A stretch of DNA of 64,000 nt from Squalus acanthias (Eukaryota). The stretch lies in NCBI GenBank assembly GCA_030390025.1, contig CM059432.1:149484001-149548000 (forward strand). Direction: 5' to 3'. Positions 36,924 through 50,309 of the stretch are shown one piece after another. The number at the start of each line of letters is the position of its first letter. Position 1 is the first letter of the stretch. The notes beneath the pieces were generated by a model. The model saw nothing but the letters and a program-made list of their open reading frames with translations, ran no database searches and was not told the origin of the DNA. Made by a program: the position numbers and the translations under genes.

Positions 36924-38048
36924 AGCCCGCACTTGGGCCCTGAAACTCTGAAGAGCCCAAAGCTTCCAACAACGGCACAATTGGCTACAGGGATTAGATT
37001 CTCCAGCATCCAGAAATGAATGTATCTGGAGTAGCCAAAATAAGTAGACGCTAGATAGGAAAAGCATTGAACTTGTTTTTGATGTGATTGTGACAATGCT
37101 GTATTTTTGTATACAGTTGTAACGAATATTATTAATAGTGGTGGGAGGGTAGATCTCTTGCCTGCTCGCTACCAATTTACCAGCGGATGTGGGACAGGCA
37201 CGGGTCAAAACTGGCCCCGCCCCCCGCCCACCCGCTTGAAGGCTGGAGGCAAGGGCTGCCCGTTAGGCCAGTGGTATCCATTGCTTGGTCCTTTTTATTG
37301 CTGGTGGCGCTCAAAGAATGATGCCCTGTGCAGGGCCAAGGACAGAATGGAGCTTTTTTATTCTTCAAAATTCTTTTTTGCCTCTTTGCTAGCAGCTAAG
37401 AGGCTGCTGGAATCCTGATGCTGTGGTACCCGCCCCCCCCCGAGGCCTGCCTTCTCATAACTCCACCTCTCTTTCAGGCGACTCCCCAGCCAAAGCCTTC
37501 GTTATGCTAATAACCCAAATTAGGCCGGGGTTCAGTGGGGCGCCTGTGTGGGAGGGGTCCTTCCCCAACAGAGATGCCCCCAGTTCAAGAGGACTGGTAA
37601 ATTCCGGCCAAACCATTTGATCTACAGTGTTTTAACTCACCAAAACCTGTACTTTAATATAAACAAATACTGCAGCCTGACTGCAGTGTCTAAACTGTTA
37701 AGAGTTTTTATACTTCACTATACTGAGCGCAGCAGCAGGCTGAACATGCACAAGTACAACTGGTATTCTCCTGGGAAGCTGACCTACGCTGGTTGTCAGG
37801 GTTTACTTGACTCAAGCAGCTTTTGTAAGTTTACTTCGGGTTCGATTCTATTTGTGTGTGTGTAAGCTGATCTGGAAGCACGTTCTGAGGGATGGGATAC
37901 CAGGCAGTTGAATTCCACCTTCACCATGCTCACTGTGCACCGTATAACGTGTCTCGATTCTGCAGATACATCGTTTCAGAGCACTGATGACGACTAGAGT
38001 GTGGGTTTGTTTGAAGATAAACATGTTTTCTTGTCCTTCTGGAAACAA

Positions 38049-38107
38049 AATAAAATGGACTACCTGGAAAGCTTTTGATTTGCTAATTGTAACCATTATT
38101 GATTAAA
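38049..38107 (+). terminator. Candidate DCLK3 polyadenylation signals
   Basis: AATAAA at 38049 and ATTAAA at 38102, about 1.1 kb after the stop codon in AT-rich unique sequence. Confidence 0.35.
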
Positions 38108-38703
38108 TATTTTACTAAACTAATGTATTCTCTCCTTTAGCTCTTTCACTGATCTGGGTGTGGCCCCGAGGTCTGGGGTTGAACCATTTATAAAACTGAG
38201 TTTATTAACTGTCACACATTTCAGTGGTGTAAATGGCCACTTACCTCTTCCAATACCTGTTACAGGTTGGTCGTGCCAACGTAATCTGTGGCAGACAAGG
38301 GCTGAGATTTTGCATTGGGCTTGAAAATTCATGCTCTCTTTGATCCAGTGCGGCTTTAACAGACCTCTCCAGACTCTAGAATCCCTTTCAGTCGCCCACG
38401 AGGCATTTCAAGCACTGGAGAAGTGCAGAGTGCCACCAAACTGGGAACGGGTCGGTGGTGGTTATGAACCGCCCGGGAGATGGGTAACAGTGAGTGCGCA
38501 AGGCCAGTCTCATTCCTTTCAAATGATCTGGATTGGACCAAAATGTGCTGGAGTCATGAAGTAGGAGTTAGATACAAACATGTGATTTTAGGGGTTTTGA
38601 AACTTCTGTCTTCACCTGTAAGCAGGTCACAGTAGCGGAGAAGTTCTGTGCTCTGAAGGATGAAAGTATATAGAAGAGACAGATGACTCTATCATCAATC
38701 AAT

Positions 38704-38891
38704 GGCCCAGAAATTCACTTCGGGTGGTGGCGCACACCGGGCGCTATCGGATCGGCCGCCCGTCACGCGCAGCGCCTGATGTTCGGTTCCATTGCAGTCA
38801 ATGCAACTGAATGTATCAGGCTCTGCGTATAACGGGTGGACAATCCGATTCCGCCCCTTTCACACCACCGCCTGAATCGAATTTCTACCCC
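38704..38891. mobile_element. Fold-back MITE with Harbinger-like ends
   Basis: ggcccagaaattc...gaatttctacccc termini, imperfectly palindromic along its length. Similar short elements at ~31468-31600 and ~27549-27694. Confidence 0.65.
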
Positions 38892-40050
38892 AGTGTCACA
38901 AGTTCGTAACTCTGGTGCGGCACATCTGTTTTTGGCTGTTGCAATTTGACTGAGGACAGGCTGCTGGACATGAACCAACAATGCAAATCCCTTTTCTTCT
39001 GTTAACTACACCCTCTGTCCAAGATTAATCAGCCCTGACCTTTGTGCTGCTTAGATATGAACTGAAGCCTCTGACGTAAAAATCGATTGTGGCCGGTTCT
39101 CCACCGACAAAGCATGTGCCCCAACCGGGAGACCTGAGGCTGGTCCACGTTCCAGTTTCAGACCGCCCGTCTCACTGGCGTCGGTCCTCAGGTAAGTCCG
39201 TAGGAGAGGGAACGGGAAGGGGGTCAACAGCAGCCCTCGGTGGTGGGGGTGGTGGGGGGGGGGGGAGGGGGGGGCGGGGCTCTGGAGATGGGAGAAGCAC
39301 TAAAAAAAAACGTGCTTTTTGGGCCCTGTCGCTGCTTAAGTCACAGCGATGGTTGAGGAATCCTGCTCGACTCATCGGTCACCAATACATGTAAGGTGCC
39401 TAATGCCTGTTTCAGCTCAGCATCACGGGCACCTGCCAATGCTAATACGGTGTTCCTGGGAACCTTTACGCTGATCGGGCGTGGGATGTTACTGCCCAAA
39501 ATTGGCCCTTGTTGCACCCGTTTTATGCCAGTAAATTGGTCGCAACAAGGTCCAATATCCACCCCCTTCGTGTTTTTAAGTTATGAAAAACGCTGTTGCA
39601 CCCAGCGTCTCCAATGTCATTTCCTCCAGAATGTACTGCTGTTTGTGCAGTCCTTTATTCTTTCAGCCTGTATCCCAGTCAATGCATTCTGTACAGCAGA
39701 AAGGCAGCACTTTGGCCTAGAAATTGGATATGGCCATGAAACGGGCAGTGTTAAGGCCCAACGATGTTAAGCTGCACCAAGTCAGAACGGTCTAGGTAAC
39801 ACGCAAAATTCACGTTCAGTCCTTATTAGCATGATTGTCGGCTTGATCTCAGCGCTAAAACCGCTGCTCATTGGCTGAGCGCTCAACAGATGGGCCAATA
39901 TCGGGTCCAGTCTAATTCCCAGTCATGTGTGGCACAGGCTTTATTCAGTACTTAAAGGGGAGGTGCATTGATGCTACAGCACCTCATTGTCAAGCCACTT
40001 ACAACTTCAGCTGGAAGAAGATGGCAGTGGAAACACATAGCTGAGCCTCT

Positions 40051-42396
40051 GCACAGGGAGAGAGCCCGCAGATTCTCAGCACAGGGAGAGCCCGCAGATT
40101 CTCAGCACGGAGAGAGCCCACAGATTATCAGCACAGGGAGAGCCCGCAGATTCTCAGCACAGGGAGAGAGCCCACAGATTCTCAGCACAGAGAGAGCCCG
40201 CAGATTCTCAGCACAGAGAGAGCCCGCAGATTCTCAGCGCAGAGAGAGCGAGCCCGCAGATTCTCAGCACAGGGAGAGCCCGCAGATTCTCAGCACAGAG
40301 AGAGCCCGCAGATTCTCAGCACAGGGAGAGAGCCCGCAGATTCTCAGCACAGAGAGAGAGAGCCCGCAGATTCTCAGCACAGAGAGAGCCCACAGATTCT
40401 CAGCACAGGGAGAGAGCCCGCAGATTCTCAGCACAGAGAGAGAGAGCCCACAGATTCTCAGCACAGGGAGAGAGAGCCCGCAGATTCTCAGCGCAGAGAG
40501 AGCGAGCCCGCAGATTCTCAGCACAGGGAGAGCCCGCAGATTCTCAGCACAGGGAGAGCCCGCAGATTCTCAGCACAGGGAGAGAGCCCGCAGATTCTCA
40601 GCACAGAGAGAGAGAGCCCGCAGATTCTCAGCACAGAGAGAGCCCACAGATTCTCAGCACAGGGAGAGAGCCCGCAGATTCTCAGCACAGGGAGAGAGCC
40701 CGCAGATTCTCAGCACAGGGAGAGAGCCCACAGATTCTCAGCACAGAGAGAGCCCACAGATTCTCAGCACAGAGAGAGAGCCCACAGATTCTCAGCACAG
40801 GGAGAGAGAGCCCGCAGATTCTCAGCACAGGGAGAGAGAGCCCGCAGATTCTCAGCACAGAGAGAGAGCCCACAGATTCTCAGCACAGAGAGAGAGAGAG
40901 CCCGCAGATTCTCAGCACAGAGAGAGAGAGAGCCCGCAGATTCTCAGCACAGGGAGAGAGCCCGGAGATTCTCAGCACAGAGAGAGAGAGAGCCCGCAGA
41001 TTCTCAGCACAGGGAGAGAGCCCGGAGATTCTCAGCACAGAGAGAGAGAGCCCACAGATTCTCAGCACAGGGAGAGCCCACAGATTCTCAGCACAGAGAG
41101 AGAGAGCCCACAGATTCTCAGCACAGAGAGAGAGAGCCCACAGATTCTCAGCACAGGGAGAGAGAGCCCACAGATTCTCAGCACAGGGAGAGCCCGCAGA
41201 TTCTCAGCACAGAGAGAGAGAGCCCACAGATTCTCAGCACAGAGAGAGAGAGCCCGCAGATTCTCAGCACAGGGAGAGCCCACAGATTCTCAGCACAGGG
41301 AGAGAGAGCCCACAGATTCTCAGCACAGAGAGAGAGAGCCCGCAGATTCTCAGCACAGGGAGAGCCCACAGATTCTCAGCACAGGGAGAGAGAGCCCACA
41401 GATTCTCAGCACAGAGAGAGAGAGCCCGCAGATTCTCAGCACAGGGAGAGCCCACAGATTCTCAGCACAGGGAGAGAGAGCCCGCAGATTCTCAGCACAG
41501 AGAGAGAGAGCCCACAGATTCTCAGCACAGAGAGAGAGAGCCCACAGATTCTCAGCACAGGGAGAGCCCGCAGATTCTCAGCACAGAGAGAGAGAGAGCC
41601 CACAGATTCTCAGCACAGAGAGAGAGCCCACAGATTCTCAGCACAGGGAGAGAGAGAGCCCGCAGATTCTCAGCACAGAGAGAGAGAGAGCCCACAGATT
41701 CTCAGCACAGAGAGAGAGAGCCCGCAGATTCTCAGCACAGGGAGAGCCCACAGATTCTCAGCACAGGGAGAGAGAGAGCCCACAGATTCTCAGCACAGAG
41801 AGAGAGCCCACAGATTCTCAGCACAGGGAGAGAGAGAGCCCGCAGATTCTCAGCACAGGGAGAGAGAGAGCCCACAGATTCTCAGCACAGAGAGAGAGCC
41901 CACAGATTCTCAGCACAGGGAGAGAGAGAGCCCGCAGATTCTCAGCACAGAGAGAGAGCCCGCAGATTCTCAGCACAGGGAGAGAGAGCCCACAGATTCT
42001 CAGCACAGGGAGAGCCCACAGATTCTCAGCACAGGGAGAGAGAGCCCACGGATTCTCAGCACAGAGAGAGAGAGCCCGCAGATTCTCAGCACAGAGAGAG
42101 AGAGCCCACAGATTCCCAGCACAGGAAGAGCCCGCAGATTCTCAGCACAGAGAGAGAGAGAGCCCACAGATTCTCAGCACAGAGAGAGAGCCCGCAGATT
42201 CCCAGCACAGGAAGAGCCCGCAGATTCTCAGCACAGAGAGAGCCCACAGATTCTCAGCACAGAGAGAGAGAGCCCACGGATTCTCAGCACAGAGAGAGAG
42301 CCCACAGATTCTCAGCACAGAGAGAGAGCCCGCAGATTCTCAGCACAGGGAGAGCCCGCAGATTCTCAGCACAGGGAGAGAGAGCCCACAGATTCT
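40051..42396. repeat. Compound minisatellite, 26-34 bp units with variable (GA)n, roughly 80 copies
   Basis: gcacag(g/a)(ga)n gccc(g/a)cagattctca repeated. Confidence 0.97.
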
Positions 42397-42827
42397 TCGA
42401 CGCGGCTCTTGAGGCACTGGTCGTGGCCGTGGAGAGGAGGCGGGCTGTCCACTTCCCGCACACTGGCAGGAAGTCCTCGCTGCACACCTCTCGAAGGCTC
42501 TGGCAGGAGATAGCCACCTATGTGACGGCCATCACCAAGTCCCCAGGTCGGCCATCCAGTGCCGAAAGAAGTTTAATGACCTCACATGGCAGGTCAAGGT
42601 GAGTGAAGGCTTCAGCAAATGCCATATCCCACCATCTGCACCACAAGCCTCACACACTGCTCGATGCACCACAACCCCATCACTCACCTACCAACAGTCT
42701 CCACCTATCACCACTCAAACCTCACAATCATAGCTTCACTTCACCCTCACAAACTTACCACTACTGCAGCACTCACACCCACATCTCACACCTTGCACAC
42801 ACTGACAGCTATTCAACTATGGCAGGT

Positions 42828-43511
42828 ACATCACCCAAACACATTGCACCACACTCACTGACACACACATCACCCAAACACATTGCACCACACTCACTGA
42901 CACACTTCACCCAAACACATTGCACCACACTCACTGACACACATCACCCAAACACATTGCACCACACTCACTGACACACATCACCCAAACACATTGCACC
43001 ACACTCACTGACACACATCACCCAAACACATTGCACCACACTCACTGACACACACTTCACCCAAACACATTGCACCACACTCACTGACACACACATCACC
43101 CAAACACATTGCACCACACTCACTGACACACATCACCCAAACACATTGCACCACACTCACTGACACACACATCACCCAAACACATTGCACCACACTCACT
43201 GACACACATCACCCAAACACATTGCACCACACTCACTGACACACACATCACCCAAACACATTGCACCACACTCACTGACACACACATCACCCAAACACAT
43301 TGCACCACACTCACTGACACACACTTCACCCAAACACATTGCACCACACTCACTGACACACTTCACCCAAACACATTGCACCACACTCACTGACACACTT
43401 CACCCAAACACATTGCACCACACTCACTGACACACACATCACCCAAACACATTGCACCACACTCACTGACACACTTCACCCAAACACATTGCACCACACT
43501 CACTGACACAC
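42828..43511. repeat. 37-39 bp minisatellite, about 18 copies, in the Myb gene intron
   Basis: Unit catcacccaaacacattgcaccacactcactgacaca(ca). Confidence 0.96.
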
Positions 43512-45074
43512 TACTGTTTCTCTTGCAGGTTAAGGTCGCGCAGAATTGCCGGGAGCAGCAGCAGACAGGCGGGGGCCAAGCCGTGACACAGGCCTTGAGC
43601 CAACTGCAGGAAACAGTGCTCGATATCGTTGGATGAGAAGTCACTGAGGCTGTGGCAATGGGTGAAGTTGAAGCGCTTGGGGACAATAACGGTATGCTCA
43701 TTCCTAATCCTTCTTCCCACATTCCCCTCATCCCACAATCTCTTCTCACTTGCAAGCTGCTGATGGTGCATGCATGGATATCTTGCTCTCCCCGCCCTCC
43801 CCTCATCACAACCCGACCCTTGTGCCTTTCTGCTTTCAGATAACCAAGAACAAGCAGCAGCAGAACCTGTCCCCGAAGCAATGGAGGAGAGCGAGGGGGG
43901 AGAAGAAGACACAGCATCACTGCATCTGACATTCGCAGACACCAGCTCAGAAACTGGCACTGTGCGTAATTTAGAGGCTAGTGTAGAAGCGGGATCTGCA
44001 GAGGGTGAGGCACCGGGCACGAGTGGGCTGCAGCAAGGCCAGGGCGCAAGGGTAGCTTGGGAGCCAGATCCCTGGAGAGCAAGTTCCCGCACGAGTTCTG
44101 CTGCACAGGAATCAGATGAGGACCTCGATGGGGCAGCCTTCAGAAGAAGGGTGATGGGCATGCACACCGAATTGATATGTGCAATGGCAAGCCCGCCAGA
44201 GAGCCTCTTGGCAATGTCAAGGAGCATTGAGGAGTCCGTCTCCAACATTGCACGGGGCTCTGCGCAGAGCTTGGAGCCCAGGATATCCAGGCTGGAAATG
44301 ATGGAAAACTCCCAAAGTGACAGTGCCGACCCAGACATGATGCTGCGTGTGATGGGCGATGTCACGGCTGCCATTGCAGCACAGGCGAAAGCGACCCCAC
44401 CGTCTTAGTGCTGCAGCGGAAGCGCAGATCGCTCTCATTAAATCTCAGCTTGATGCCACCCATGCTTACACCGCTGCCATCGTGGCTGGGTTTACCAGTG
44501 TCGATCAGGGCTTGCAGGGTATCGCAGCAGCCCAGCAATCCGTGCTCCAACAGATTGCTAGGAATGTTGAGGTGCCGTCCGGGGGAGTGGCAGTGGGTCA
44601 GTGGAGCAGGACCCCTGCTGTCCTCTCTCAGGATGACAGCATTCCTGCTCCCTCCACTGCCACGCCGCCATTGCTTTTACTGCTGCCCATCAGCCAGCCA
44701 GCCCAGACTGCTGCTGCCCATGCCGAGGTGGTGCAGTCTACAGCCGGGCCTTCCAGGCCAGAGCTGCTCAAGGTTGTCCTGCGAGACCATCTGATACTCA
44801 GCAGCCTTCCACCAGCCATCCTGCAGCCACTGGAGAGCACTTCGTAGGAGCACTAGATCAGAAAAGGCCACCCGAACGACAGGGATTGCACGAGGGTGAT
44901 TAGTTCCTATCATAAGTGTAAATATGTGTCAATTGATTTTGGATGAATTTATTAATTTTGTTTGGAATCTTTTGTGTTGGCTCTGATTTCAGCTTTGTGC
45001 CCAGGAGGACTCTGTGATATTCCGTGACAGAGGGATGGTGTGATGGGGATGTAGTGAGCAATGGGAATTTTTAA

Positions 45075-46345
45075 AAAATTCGTTTCTGGGATGTGGGAGT
45101 CACTGGCAAGGCCAGCATTTATTGCACATCCCTAGTCGCCCTTGAGAAGGTGGTGGTGAGCCGCCTTCTTGACCGCTGCAGTCCGTGTGGTGAAGGTACT
45201 CCCACGGTGCTGTTAGGGAGGGAGTTCCAGGATTTTGACCCAGTGACGATGAAGGATCGGCGATATATTTCCAAGACAGGATGGCGTGTGACTTGGAGGG
45301 GAACTTGGAGGTGGTTGTGTTCCCATGCACCTGCTGCCTTTGTCCTTCTAGGTGGTAGAGGTCGCAGGTTTGGATGGTGCTGTTTAAGAAGCCTTGGCGA
45401 GTTGCTGCAGTGCATCTTGTAGATGGCACATACTGCAGCCACGGTACGCCGGTGGTAGAGGGAGTGAATGTTTAAGGTGGTGGATGGGGTGCCAATCAAG
45501 CGGGCTGCTTTATCCTGGATGGTGTTGAGCTTCTTGAGTGTTGTTGGAGCTGCACTCATCCAGGCAAGTGGAGAGTATTCCATCACACTCCTGACTTGTG
45601 CCTTGTAGATGGTAGAAAGGCTTTGGGGAGTCAGGAGATGAGACACTCACCACAGAATACCCAGCCTCTGACCTGCTCTTGTAGCCACAGTATTTATGTG
45701 GCTGGTCCAGTTACGTTTCTGGTCAATGGTGACCCCCAGGATATTGATGTTGGGGGATTTGGCAATGGTAATGCCGTTGAATGTCAAGGGGTGGTGGTTA
45801 GACACTCTCTTATTGGAGATAATCATTACCTGGTACTTGTGTGGCGCGAATGTTACCTGCCACTTATCAGCCCAAGCCTGAATGTCGTCCAGGTCTTGTT
45901 GCATGCGGGCATGGACTGCTTCATTATCTGAGGAGTTGTGAATGGTGCTGAACACTGTGCAGTCATCAGTGAACATCCCCACTTCTGACCTTATGTTGGA
46001 GGGAAGGTCATTGATGAAGCAGCTGAAGATAGTTGGGCCGAGGACACTGCCCTGAGGAACTCCTGCAGCGCTGTCCTGGGGCTGAGATGTTTGTCCTCCA
46101 ACATCCACGGCCACCTTCCTTTGTGCTTGGTATGACTCAGCCAGTGGAGAGTCTTTCTCCGATTCCCATTGACTTCAGTTTTACTAGGGCTCCTTGATGC
46201 CACACTCGGTCAAATGCTGCCTTGATGTCCAGGGCAGTCACTCTCACCTCACCCCTGGAATTCAGCTCCTTTGTCCATGTTTGGACCAAGGCTGTACTGA
46301 GGTCGGGAGCCGAGTGGTCCTGGTGGAACCCAAACTGAGCATCGG
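45075..46345 (-). mobile_element. CR1-superfamily LINE (second family), RT and 3' end
   Basis: QFGFHQDHS, ALDIKAAFDRVWH, GVPQGSVLGP, FTDD, IYKAQVRSVMEYS. Confidence 0.88.
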
Positions 46346-47444
46346 TGAGAAAGGAGAAAGCTCCACAGAGCCAGTCAAATTGAACAAACATGTCAGCTGC
46401 AAGTAGTTGCTGATGATCCCTTTAAATAACGCCGCGGGAGGCTCCTTCCTGCTTCTCAACGCTCGCTCAGCTGGTCGCACTTAAGGCATGCTGGTGAGTG
46501 GAGTGGCGAAGTCCAAACTCACAGATCAGGTGTCAAGTGAGCGTTGCACACTCACTGACGTCACCATTTACATAATCTACATTTCCCTAGCAAACGCGGA
46601 CATTGGCCATCCAAAAATTGCGGCCGCCGACAGCAAGCAGAAGAGCGGCAGGCGCCATTTCTTTGCCCGAATCTGGCGGTAACGGGTGGCGCTAAACCCC
46701 CAAATTTCTAGGCCTTAGCCTCATAATTTGGATCCTTCCATTGCTTTCAACTTCTGTTCGGTCCGACTGTACAACTGGCTAACATTCTACTGTTGGTCCA
46801 ACACTCTTAAAGGCTGCCTCCCTGACCTTCATCTGGATTGCTTCTCTGTTCATGCCTCAATTCCATGACACTTATGACCATGCAATTCTCTTTCTCGTCT
46901 GCCTTCTACCAGTAAAAGTATTACACCCTTCACATGCAGTGAATGTTTATTCCATCATCTATTAATGCTAGTTCCTGAGAAATTGAAATCGAGCAATGAC
47001 AGTGAAATTCATTAAAAGGGATCAATGGCTGTGTTATTGATCAGTGACAGTGACTCACTGGCATTATTCATATTGAGGGAAATGTGAAAATCTTAATGAA
47101 TTCAAATGCAGCACTACTTGAACTGATCAAAATTAAACCATCTTGGGAACTGAAGGAACAGTTCAGGTATTAATAGACCAGAATGGAAATAAAGGAAATT
47201 AAACATTCTCATCGCTTGCTTCTCAATTACAACATGCAATGGATATTAGCTGTTTAATATGTGTTGGGATTTCTAGAAGATTTGGATCTTTTCTTCTGAA
47301 TTACTGGCAAAGCAGTATGTTTCCCACTGTAAGCCTCTATAAATGTTGGCATTAGAAGGAGCACAGATGATTTCATGAATATGCTTTTAGACAAAATAGT
47401 TGGCAATGATAGCTTCCTCATAATTCCCTGATTTCCAAACACAA

Positions 47445-49850
47445 ATTTCATTTATATAGCGCCTTTAACATAGTAAAACATCCCAAGGTGCTTCACAGGA
47501 GCGTTATCAAACAACATTTTGATCCTGGAATAGTGAGCAGTTTTGGCAGAGGAGAACAGGACCCGATAGTGCTTGACGTGGTCCAGCCAGATCTGGCGAT
47601 GAATGGCTCAACCAGTTGTCCGTCATATCCGTTGAAGTCTGCGTCCCTTGGACTTAAGGGAACGGAGGTGAGGGCCGTACCAGGGGGAACGGCCAGAGTG
47701 AGAGAGAGTAAAGGTTTTAATGAGGACTAGGGCATCAAAGGTGGTGGTGAGGGTGTTGGTTGAGCAGATCGGTAGCTGCAGAAATCTTGTGGTGAATGGA
47801 GGGCCAAAGGCTGGACAGTTGGGATTTTGAAAGTGCAGCTGTCAGTGAATTGGGAGAGAGTTTTTTCCAGGGGGAGACACAGAAGGAAGTAGGATTATGT
47901 GGGTGGAGAGCAATACAAGGAAGTGATCAGAGATGGCCTTATCTATGATTGACACAATGGGGTAGTGAGGCCATGTGAAGTGGCAAGGTCAAGGGGGTGG
48001 CCGTGAATATGGGTAGGAGAGTTTATATGGAGGGAGAGATTAAGGGAGGATAGGCGGGCAGTGAACCCAGAGGAGAGAAAGCATGATGAGTTGAGATGGA
48101 GGTTAAAATCACCAAGGATGAGAAGTCACTCGGTGAGAGGGGTGGAACAAGATGAGATGCTCTAAGGATGAGAAGGTGCCAGAGGAGTAGGGGAACAGAC
48201 CAAGGTGTGATTTGGTGATGAGAGCCACACAGCCACCACAGGGGGTTTGGGCAGGGCAAGTGGTGGAAGGTATAGCCAGGCGGGGTGAGGCTTCATTTAG
48301 AGGGGAGATATCATTACCCCTCAGCCCAGTTTCTGTCAAGGCCTTGATGTCGATGCAATCATCCACAATAAGCTCATGGTTGGCAAGGGTCTTGTTCACA
48401 AGTGAACGGACATTCTGGAGGGAGATGTGGAGAGAGGCGGTGATAGCTGATCCACTGGCAGAGTCCACAGGGTCAGCACTGGGAGGGGTGAGTGGGACGG
48501 GAAGGAGGTAGGAAAGGTTAGCCCCCAGCGGGCACGTTGGGTGGAAAGGTCAGCAAGAGAGGAGGATGGGGCAGTTGGGGTTGCTGCTCATAAGGAGGCA
48601 GCGACGAGTTCCTCGATGGGCCCTTCAGAGGATGCCAGGAGAGGCACAGAGGGCAGCTGTAGGCTTATCTAAAAGGGAGTCAAGCCTGGGATGGTGGCAG
48701 GAGAGTAGGATGGTCAAGGAGTGCTGAAGGGTCGGGGTCGGGATTTAGGAGGGCAGAGTACCCGAGAGGGGAGAGATGAAAGGAGGCATGACAGAAGGAT
48801 AGAGGGATCTAGCAGGCGTAAAGAGAAAAGAAGTAAAATGGGGGAGAAAAAAGTGGAAATAGAAGTGATGGGCTTGGGTCCGAGCAGCAAAATGTGCAAG
48901 CGAATGGATACTGCAAAACTCAAGTTACATTGGCCTGGTTACGTAGCAAGATTCGGATGCATATATCCTGTTTGTAAACGGGGAATAGAGAGTGACATAA
49001 GAAAACTACTCGGCACTTGGTCTAAGTGTTAAACAAAGCTTTAATCAACTGTTTTCCAACATGGAGATCTAGTTGTGTCCTTCACTAGTTCCTGTTGAGG
49101 AATGTCCTAAGCAAGCTGGGCCCATGCCCGAGTATTTATACTCTCCCTGGACAGCGCCACCAGCACGCCGCCCAGTATTACTTCATACAAGATTCATGTC
49201 AGAGAGGAGACAATTGGAGGGAGTCCAGAGTCAGAGGTCCTGTGGTGGGATAAAGCTGAAATAGGTAGGTTGGAGTCAGCATCGAGCATCGACGAAATGA
49301 TGTCCAGGTTCGGAGACAGGTGTGGCGGGCGAGTGAGTCCAGAAGCTATTTGAAAGGTAGAGTATCATAGAGTACCACAGCTGGAGGTGTTTCTGTGGGG
49401 AATGAAGATCCAGGAGGTTGCGGAGCAGATAAACGGTGGCGAAGTTAGATGTCACCATAAGACCCAGAAGCAGCGGAGAAATGCACTTCAGCCCAGAAGA
49501 GTGAATCTCTGGCCAGGAAGCAGACTAAAGCTGAAGCTGAAAAAACAGTCGGACCAGTAGGACAGTCACAGACTCCGCAGGTAACAGCAGCGGTGGGGGG
49601 AGGGCTGTAGGCTAGACAAAGTTACTCTGAAATTTAAACAACTGGGCAGCAGATCAGAGACACAGCAACTGAGTCTCGCGGTGCAGTTCAGTGCAGAAGC
49701 GTGGTCTTGATGCCCAGATAAGTTCAGGTATTTGGAAGTTAAATTTGAGAAAACATCCAGTGCTGACTGAGGAAAGCAAAGACCTGGCATGGTCGGGGGG
49801 ACGGGCAGTGGCAGTTTAAACTTGCAGTTCACTTGTAGTTAGGGCTAAAA
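47445..49850 (-). mobile_element. L2 LINE, internally deleted (5' region, endonuclease, 3' tail)
   Basis: ORF 48109..48468 LQNVRSLVNK...IDIKALTETGL (APE endonuclease start); L2 tail at ~47445-47520. 5' boundary uncertain. Confidence 0.7.
48969..49189 (-). mobile_element. Possible solo LTR
   Basis: TG...CA ends; TATAAATA (~49135) and ATTAAA (~49042) in the expected order on the - strand. No clean TSD. Confidence 0.4.
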
Positions 49851-50309
49851 TGCACCCACTATTAAAGCCAGGGGAACTTAAACAGTGGAAGAGAGGAGAT
49901 TGGGGGAGAAAGGGCAAAGGATGGCAGCGGATGGCCAAGGATAGAGGTGCACAGCAAGGAGTTCCCTCGGGAGCGTCCTAGCAAGGAGCCTCTTGAATTT
50001 TGGACATGCGTGCTTGGAAAATCGACCCTGATAACGAGTTTGTGGCTGTGTTCAGATGCACAAGGGGGTGAGGAGTCAGATTTATACTGGTCCTTTTCTG
50101 TGGATTGGCGGTATAATAATGATATACCATAGGGTGAGACTATTGGCCCACTGAGATAATGAAAGAAGAGCCAAGACATTAAAATACACTTGGCTGCCAG
50201 CTTTCATACTCTACTTTTGGAAGGAGTCATCAATTGTTCCATCAGGCAATACTTGATCACCAATAAATTGCTCGGTGATGCTCAGTTCAGATTTTGTTAG
50301 AACCACAAG

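Larger units (their letters stand above)
39714..46714 (+). mobile_element. Non-autonomous Harbinger transposon with a Myb/SANT pseudogene, two minisatellites and a LINE insertion
   Basis: TIRs GGCCTAGAAATT / AATTTCTAGGCC. Myb exon 1 ends 42598 (FDAALEALVVAVERRR...LWQEIA...IQCRKKFNDL, donor gtgagt); exon 2 43529-43691 (QTGGG, internal stop); exon 3 43840 to ~44903 with frameshifts. Confidence 0.85.

Noticed and set aside
39968..42412. 814 aa ORF as a real protein-coding gene
   Set aside because: Non-ATG start, and it is explained by a stop-free repeat unit; the host Myb gene has stops and frameshifts downstream.
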